Positions 61,901 through 64,000 of a DNA stretch of 64,000 bases are shown one piece after another; the first letter of the stretch is position 1, and each line of letters starts with the position of its first letter. The DNA is from Owenia fusiformis. Its lineage: Eukaryota. Below the pieces are notes generated by a model, which saw only the letters and a list, made by a program, of their open reading frames with translations, was not told the DNA's origin and ran no database searches. Location of the stretch: the NCBI GenBank assembly GCA_903813345.2, contig CAIIXF020000001.1:41540001-41604000 (forward strand), in the 5' to 3' direction. Made by a program: the position numbers and the translations under genes.

Positions 61901-63485
61901 GTTAATTTTGGAATAATGTTCAGCACTACGCTGTCCTTGAGGATTTTTTTTATATCATTGGAATGGCTACATGGGTTGATGATGTTTTTGTAAATATCTG
62001 GAAAGAGCAGACAAAAGTATACATCCGTGTCGGTGTAGGTCACTGAATGTCAGTTGAAACCTCAAAAATGCACAGATTTCAATATGTATTAATTCCAAAT
62101 ATTTCGTTATTTGTCAATTCTCGCAATTTTAACGTGAAACGCAAAGTAAAGGCATAATGACCCAAAAATCATTGCTTGGGAGTTGAACATACAGGTTTTT
62201 AGCCCAGCTGTCTTAGCCTCCTTCGCCCCTACCCCTCAGGGAACCAAAGGGACATATTAGTTAAATTACTGCATTAAAGACATATGTTAAACCACATAAT
62301 TGTGCTAATTTCTGGGTGGTATGGGTGGTATTACTAAAAAAAATTACTGACACATTTTTTGAGGTGTGACAAATCCAATTAAATATGAAAATGCAGTATT
62401 TCGGTTAAAAAAGGTGTAAGAAACATGGCTATTATGATAAAAAAAAAATACCACATCGAAGCGGGATAGTCAGATAGGCAAAAATAAACTCCTATTTTCG
62501 GAAAAAGAAGTGACATATTAGCAGTGAACGGGAAATTTTTAGGCACTATGACATCATTGTAGTCTAAGCTATGATTTAATTGGCCAATCTCCATTTTTGG
62601 GGTTTGGAGATTTGATATAGAGGGAAAACATGACAAAAATATCCATACATGAAATAATTCAGTAGCATATGCACCCATGGTAAATAGAAATGCTCTTGTA
62701 TTTATCACATTTGAAAAGTGCTATATTGTCACCTTGTGCTGATGCGTGCATCCTCCTATCACAGGGCTTCAACATCCAGAATATCTTCTTTCTTTTTACC
62801 CCCTGCGAAAAGCAGTTAGCATTTCCCCGATTAAGAACTCGCAATTTGATTCGCTGTTGCAACATTGTGACAGCAATCATGTATACGTCATCGGCGCATG
62901 ATTAGATCACGTGATTCAGTTTTATCGGGCGAAATTCCAAATTGGTTATTGCAGGGGGAAGAAGGAGGTCAAGATTCTGGACACCTGTTTTGGAGGATGT
63001 GATGGATGTGAACGAGGATGTTTGGAAGGCTTGAATTACTTGTCCTTTTAACTTGAAATTTTTACAGATGCAAGAGCTGACCGTGTCAAGATCTTAATAT
63101 GTTTTGGGCATGCTGGGTAATTTACAAGGTGGCTAATTTGAATTTCAATTGCGATATTCATCACTCTGTGTCTTGTTGAATATGTACAGAACAACTCATT
63201 TTATTTTTGTTTTTATAAGTATTTGTTATTTCATAACAGTATCAATTCAAATATACATAATATTGCATGAAAACAATGAAACAGGACAGAGAACCTGATA
63301 TTAGGATCTAGACACTAAAATCATTAGAGATATCATATAAACGTCATTATGATATTTTGTTCATCACATATACTGTAATTTTTATATACTTCCAGTTGCA
63401 CCAAAAAGTTGATTTGCTGAAAGTGGAAAACCAGAATCTACAAAAGATGGCAGATGAGGCAGAATACTTGGCAGGAATTTTAAAG
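37986..63485 (+). CDS. GMNN: Geminin, 3'-partial; exons 37986-38000, 38562-38603, 39464-39550, 40452-40797, 61184-61266, 63396-63485
   Basis: In-frame GT-AG joins. D-box RKSLQTLQPSSTSGQLVG resembles vertebrate RRTLKMIQPSASGSLVG; coiled coil YWRDLAEERRAALNDSLIENEQLHQKV..ENQNLQKMADEAEYLAGIL. The first two small exons are less certain. Confidence 0.9.
39666..40422 (+). mobile_element. Shorter copy of the HINE family at 16629-18420
   Basis: First ~380 bp and last ~45 bp are nearly identical to that copy; the interiors differ. Confidence 0.88.
42323..42710 (+). repeat. 5' LTR (388 bp)
   Basis: No differences seen versus 58623-59010; TATATAA 42512, AATAAA 42610, inverted pair CCCTGTACTGCCTG/CAGGCAGTACAGGG, terminal hairpin TGTAATCACT-aaaa-AGTGATTACA. 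Confidence 0.97.
42712..42724 (+). promoter_or_regulatory. Primer-binding site, possibly tRNA-His
   Basis: TGGTGCCGTTGCC begins 1 nt after the LTR; TGGTGCCGT is complementary to the usual tRNA-His 3' end. Confidence 0.7.
42853..43950 (+). CDS. gag: Gag, 365 aa
   Basis: Retrotransposon capsid-like motifs (LSGIAEIWF, W..LR.AF..KF, Q..GEPI..Y) and CCHC knuckle CTNCHQVGHLNVVC. Confidence 0.93.
   Translation: MYRRINGRLNRQHPDMADEMNDQLLARLQALEMNQEQGPRAASVTRPMIFSHSSSVSNPRSWIDKYQLYAQTQRWDAQGTCDYLKMFLSGIAEIWFDNLEEETKQDWDALRAAFVQKFIESTPKWSLESKLLQRVHQAGEPIDAYLNDVSLQCSRLEIGDGEHIRILIRGLSPKMRSHVLSHSPVTVADVERLAKLHESISSEDRVPKSINAIVPDNQLKTLMDKMEEQRGMLEEMSDRIRRNERRPPRDLYNGRTSTGRPYCTNCHQVGHLNVVCRRPTFDPNPNGRGRRFSPRPSQSNNSFRGRQMQSDRPWYQDNRRVHFQGQNTFQNQNNQRSFPQDRRNDRYPAPRSPQSSGPSRPNHLN
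43941..43983 (+). promoter_or_regulatory. -1 programmed ribosomal frameshift signal
   Basis: T TTA AAC at the gag end, 6-nt spacer, stem CTCCTGCA/TGCAGGAG; the -1 frame is open into pol. Confidence 0.85.
43941..49457 (+). CDS. pol: Pol: protease, RT, RNase H, integrase, chromodomain
   Basis: LLDSGA, RLCVDWRGLN, YLDD, LETDAC, TDHAPL, HHCC (H..GHLG..C..C), IDTLGP/ISDNG/E, then YEIADIL..YFVSWKNYDPSHNSWV. Confidence 0.97.
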   Translation, partial: FKLITPADTEVHAGADFQNPQHMYAISGLHSYDDLDVQDSNSCSSETLSLENLNDAQSFGDQSRSCPRATPPLSMNPYCATISSIGDVVDELGMTIAETCSGVSNGSHSSDKRSAFAMTPNGAGDQSRLRPRAATPFNLVCKSSSDQCKPGELPPSEKEQENEINNSDDVTFDEYIPSENRAPTYEYPPPETIPQNNHADRLEPTVNLLKAPYPNHVQSDHNYACQTNDNFVLFNEDCAEETIENANNNHINHNINNEHETISHSNQHSFSVNMEPIFHDNIIRVKLLGQHCYALLDSGATISGINKDWFEKFPWAQNNLQKSDCGGVEIANGTSMKITGLIKLPIIIGQTTTAVEFHIIDNLAHPVILGTNFLTEHQAVVDFCKNTLKYSVPRSTDIIAGTKVTIPARSEVVLTLNLKRKMPDNVLGICSQPESAAKRPLLMAISLSKTSNQMVQTRLVNATTVDLTIQNNERIGKFECIDSKAKIIPLDLYTSKGERKYQTGTSGHTENKQTNPDLQYGNTQFINQQYDGLSARPLEINAINSLNPEAVPTKGTSETLTDRSNWSIHSELDFKDSILSENQKLELTSVLEKNVEAFSSPGNELGFTDLIEHEINLKPNAKIFRQRPYPCSPAKRALITTEVNKLLDMGVVQPSKSAWSAPIVLIKKGEKVRLCVDWRGLNSMTQFDAYRMPDLQELLDSMAQTKGRYWSCLDMFKAYFQVKLAPQSRELTAFSTHDGLFEFTRCGQGLVGSPSTFVRLMDQLFRGLQYQNLYIYLDDLILFSPTWDHHLALINETLSRIKKAGLKISLSKCQWGKDEVLYLGHILSEHGYKPDPAKCKMVRDFPTPNSVKSVRMFLGLSGYYRRFLKDYSRISRPLTELTKKDIEFVWGPEQQQALDTLKAGICEHAMLLYPDFSLPFILETDACNKGLGACLTQEIDGKEKAISFSGRALTPTEAKYATIDLELLAIVYGVKKFRHYLEVSEFIIRTDHAPLKFLINTKQLSDSKRARWILFLSHFRYTLEVRSGKLNANADFASRVEHTPVQDSDLQQEHHEEIRRMVMPECQPQIHAAIGKTPLSLGNLPFQPPGPISKLQPEDLKFFDPLARYTDQQETSTQANTPTLEDLWDTYETDPDSTKQYHTQSHSAKQTTDVDMDQTTSEVLNPIPSDIIMETTDTEATANPVHKITTDRPTQRTTNLNNHSTASTSETANEPGTPPAPDEQQDEMANIQETDTINSQADPYTNTPEMEELRQLQLTDPFCSPLIQYLHTNVLPDNNSEARKLLLQADSFLMIDNVLYHKHYDHHSHAMINRLVIPNCLVDTILFASHDQILSGHLGILKTKARVLQKYYWPKQSQDVENWVKSCVPCNSRRIRRKHEQPIQPIPAPSAVWEMISIDTLGPLTITHDKNRFIICISDHLSKYSIALATPDQQAATVATLLFHRVICIFGCPEVIISDNGTNYVSQLVQELCKMFLIDKRQTLPYNPRANGLIEAGNKILAKMLSIYVSQHHKDWDVYLPSVVFAYNASVHASTQIIPSMLVFGRVPKLPIDTQYKIPSDAPRDIQDHLKSTLSQVAECEHMATKILQSQKEKMKADHDRRTEHKFIKFQVGDCVYLKVPPKNKALSHKLNFTHQGPFTIVQITNNELNATLRRLSNGTLYPKSVHVGRLSKAEYRWPRPEPPDNYEPHTETPGPDTVAHNLEDAQPPAQTDKYPIGNTKATSKPKTDNQKETSRKLTKNDLQGTPIPTPIPTPQDIDSESDEDTEDEFYEIADILKSRKLKNGTKQYFVSWKNYDPSHNSWVDFNDLSEDMKLWALQEFQDPKKKRQTKKKYKRRH
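50029..50448 (+). CDS. Accessory ORF, 139 aa, with C-terminal SOCS-box-like motif
   Basis: ATG-initiated; ends PSTLQSKCLVTIQNQVTFPDISNLPLPISLQQRLKF. Confidence 0.75.
   Translation: MPGITLIFGNQGSIPLTGLQYNFIRRSNLLADTYEHICKEKLAEATIIVPDHIRLSEFHLFRTRYKSYTENGFVRYNLGIIQRLQKECRDITDFFEFRDIPSTLQSKCLVTIQNQVTFPDISNLPLPISLQQRLKFADF
51607..54183 (+). CDS. env: Envelope / class I fusion glycoprotein (baculovirus F / errantivirus env-like)
   Basis: Signal peptide LVSLCLILLTTTSTHC, furin site RRHRR (52039-52053) followed by fusion peptide GLLNFGSEILSALIG, heptads, Cys-rich region, N-glycan sequons, transmembrane segment. Confidence 0.9.
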   Translation: MDTAMDKLVSLCLILLTTTSTHCLDLPPSMQISQDTSMPTSLLNRLNFGVIIKRQGLMTPSNDDYWQHSFGLKRFSLPNILRRTPKVRCNTLFHKEFYNDCEQIASLLIDYAPLIQHTADKIHSCTLDIDNLLPKTHKVTLNTNRRHRRGLLNFGSEILSALIGTPSRKEISNVWRHLQEIEKVINSTSENTVQYRQHLSSYMITNNKRLDNLNHATANNHAAFQNIYNTITNLTSVLASQGRYYDKLSLALQINSELLKMILRFCVLQLSALQQHEIECNQHLSAISQLVQGSLPPHLISPSTLKLALSDIQSTLRSSHPNFRISYLDPHYYYKNSNPTFLVTENTITISIRVAISSSDYLFNLYQMHHMHMPIPLDLSNKRTPNHSTSISDLSPYFAISHDLDFYIELNLQQFSDCTGSHLLHCTTVFNLKQISTQPSCNSALFFNDPIQINKLCSFMYHINAPQSDQIITLTPTKSLIHSNDKFWTIRCDDSMPKRVPACRGVCIITRKCHCSLEGQNFILPKTLSSCNHTSKSFVSRAHHFNLAFLQTFDYNLTSLKKLSASSHLTSDLSVQLPNLTFYSADWNKVLMTSKTTSFKMSRLTEALKNTDVPFLSPIDQVQHVQTDLSGLREPLSWLSDKSLSSITLISIILALVSFVMSSYLFCRIVCCVALIPQPAKAATLFLPTDHPVFAPTVPLPQQAAFPSNILSILSFILSLYITYKLFKKLTGIIRAFRRYFCLRNIASCELKLLMMCPTNYCIVSVTNIPLDYVSNIKSSTGGPVDCSVSTHVLWPHLDIDWADMTIQTLDPNLAIQLPTSIRVPLTTISSLNQVLKQKPIFRIIIKIDGQHLYVPHL
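54378..55001 (+). CDS. Post-env accessory exon: acidic N-terminus, C-terminal CxxC-x38-CxxC
   Basis: 207 open codons starting exactly at acceptor ttattctctttacag|; GC-richer than its flanks; no early ATG. Confidence 0.7.
   Translation, partial: CTILNAALPEEVWDELAQLQSQDENQTSQVELPELWPAPSTSDNPPILEAFTTVNQGATQWASTSNGPPILHQEAMGDDLKLTQQNDQEAAVQLLELGSVTSLDPLDELMRDLDSSLEATNRIPIDGAWDSTPTISIPFGTPGTRVNAMCTLCTNPTIRQRVITDAAPTPGQTQTAVLFAVHPGTNYQALYCEDCRYITMFSIFPSA
57211..57377. repeat. Three ~55-bp tandem repeats in the proviral 3' region
   Basis: acgacactacaaatttattgtgcagggcacggttgtaagaact-like unit x3. Confidence 0.9.
57885..58204. repeat. Ten 32-bp tandem repeats in the proviral 3' region
   Basis: Consensus tcaataatagtgttcacatactttactgttgc, ten contiguous units without indels. 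Confidence 0.95.
58609..58622 (+). promoter_or_regulatory. Polypurine tract
   Basis: AACGGGGGGGCGTA immediately precedes the 3' LTR. Confidence 0.75.
58623..59010 (+). repeat. 3' LTR (388 bp)
   Basis: Matches the 5' LTR; followed by AGAG. Confidence 0.97.
60157..60556. mobile_element. MITE-like foldback with internal ~187-bp duplication
   Basis: aaaggacgattctcggtttggagaac and its reverse complement gttctccaaaccgagaatcgtccttt enclose two copies of tgagcattatccctgcttcagac..taatttgggtaatatttcta. Confidence 0.7.
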
Positions 63486-64000
63486 GTAACCACTTGCTCG
63501 CAACAATGGCCAGGGTGTCCTGTATAACAGAAAACTATAATCTTCATACTAAATTATACATATAATATTGATACTAGTGTTTTGAATTGAAGTGAATGGG
63601 ACACAATGGTGTATATCTGTTAATGTTTTGATAGAGACTATTATTGTGGAAATAGTGTATTATTTGTGAGGGGCTTAATGAGGTGGTTATTAGGTATCAT
63701 AGATGCACTTTAGATTGATGCATATTGCCTCACTTCCCTTTCTAGAATAGCAGGAAAAACAGTCTGCATGGTGCATTCCTATAAGTGTTATTTTATTGTT
63801 CTCTGTAAATAGACAATTCACATTTAGGTAGGATGGCGGGTTAAGGGCCATTTTATTTAAAGAAAACATTAATTTTAGTTGCGGAAAAGTACTAAGTGCA
63901 GAATACTCTTTCATGAAACTTGACATATTTCTGACTTTTTTGAAATATTTCAAGACTTAAAACAATTTAGATTAAAGATATGATATGAAAAAGGCATGCT

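Overview
AT-rich, intron-containing eukaryotic DNA from an invertebrate animal (repeat types suggest a lophotrochozoan; this is inference). Four host genes can be reconstructed by hand: a 5'-partial carbohydrate sulfotransferase (+), a 3-exon sarcoplasmic-calcium-binding/EF-hand protein (+), a complete 10-exon STRAD pseudokinase (-), and geminin (+, head-to-head with STRAD, running off the 3' end). Much of the rest is mobile DNA: an 11.3-kb TIR-bounded Harbinger-like stack of nested elements, Helentron-like (HINE/DINE) elements carrying satellites, LINE fragments, MITEs and a complete DIRS1-type element. The standout is a 16.7-kb Gypsy/Metaviridae provirus with apparently identical 388-bp LTRs inside a geminin intron. 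It is organised like a complex retrovirus: gag, -1 frameshift, pol with a chromodomain, a small SOCS-box (BC-box/Cul5-box) ORF between pol and env, a class I fusion env, and a post-env acidic CxxC/CxxC exon that can be spliced in frame onto the env start codon. All calls come from reading the sequence and recognising motifs; no searches were run.
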